Shown piece after piece: positions 63,365-64,000 of a stretch of DNA of 64,000 nucleotides. Both the position numbers and the translations under genes were made by a program. Source of the DNA: Podarcis melisellensis (lineage: Eukaryota); the NCBI GenBank assembly GCA_964234715.1, contig OZ174276.1. One strand, given 5' to 3'. Position 1 is the stretch's first letter; the number at the start of each line of letters is the position of its first letter. The notes under the pieces were generated by a model, which saw only the letters and a program-made list of their open reading frames with translations, had not been told where the DNA came from and made no database searches.

Positions 63365-63872
63365 TGTTATTGTTGTTTAGTCGTGTCCGACTCTTTGTGA
63401 CCCCATGAACCACAGCACGCCAGGCACCCCTGTCTTCCACTGCCTCCCGCAGTTTGGTCAAACTCATGCTGGTAGCTTCGAGAACACTGTCCAACCATCT
63501 CGTCCTCTGTCGTCCTCTTCTCCTTGTGCCCTCCATCTTTCCCAACATCAGGGTCTTTTCCAGGGAGTCGTCTCTTCTCATGAGGTAGCCAAAGTATTGG
63601 AGCCTCAGCTTCAGGATCTGTCCTTCCAGTGAGCACTCAGGGCTGATTTCCTTCAGAATGGAGAGGTTTGATCTTCTTGCAGTCCATGGGACTCTCAAGA
63701 GTCTCCTCCAGCACCATAATTCAAAAGCATCAATTCTTCAGCGATCAGCCTTCTTTATGGTCCAGCTCTCACTTCCATACATCACTACTGGGAAAACCAT
63801 ATGTTTAACTATACGGACCTTTGTTGGCAAGGTGATGTCTCTGCTTTTTAAGATGCTGTCTAGGTTTGTCAT
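63365..63872 (-). mobile_element. Bov-B (RTE) LINE 3' fragment
   Basis: MTNLDSILKSRDITLPTKVRIVK...RVPWTARRSNLSILKEISPECSLEG; (CAA)n tail; TSD aagtcacaagt. Confidence 0.92.
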
Positions 63873-64000
63873 AAGTCACAAGTACAGTCCTCTATTTGGT
63901 TTTATCAATGTCAATTTGATTTTGTGTTCTCCAAAATTCATACACAGGGTGCATTGTAGTTAACGGGAGGACCTTGCTCCACAGGACCAGCAAGATGCAA

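Noticed and set aside
1-64000. CRISPR arrays, operons or other prokaryotic systems
   Set aside because: The sequence is vertebrate with spliceosomal introns; no regularly spaced repeat-spacer array was seen

Overview
Eukaryotic (vertebrate) genomic DNA. The repeat content (Sauria/POM-type SINEs, tRNA-Lys/CR1 SINE, Bov-B, squamate L1/L2, hAT and Tigger MITEs) suggests a squamate, most likely a lacertid lizard. The window holds three genes: the complete CD63 gene (+; 7 coding exons, 236 aa, CpG-island promoter at ~23.9 kb), the complete RDH5 coding region (-; 4 coding exons, 320 aa) and the last two exons of BLOC1S1 (-), in the same order as the mammalian BLOC1S1-RDH5-CD63 cluster. The first ~600 nt look like the end of another gene's 3'UTR (it resembles HNRNPA3 from memory, unverified), followed by ~12 kb of AT-rich, repeat-poor non-coding DNA. 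Two observations are missed by the ORF track. (1) A four-way-junction RNA motif occurs twice (305-365 and 3921-3995), with a conserved junction core and pairing-preserving changes in the arms. (2) A retrocopy of the 56-aa microprotein mitoregulin (MTLN), with one premature stop, is inserted with a TSD into an L1 fragment in a CD63 intron. Most other ORFs in the track are spurious or transposon-derived.
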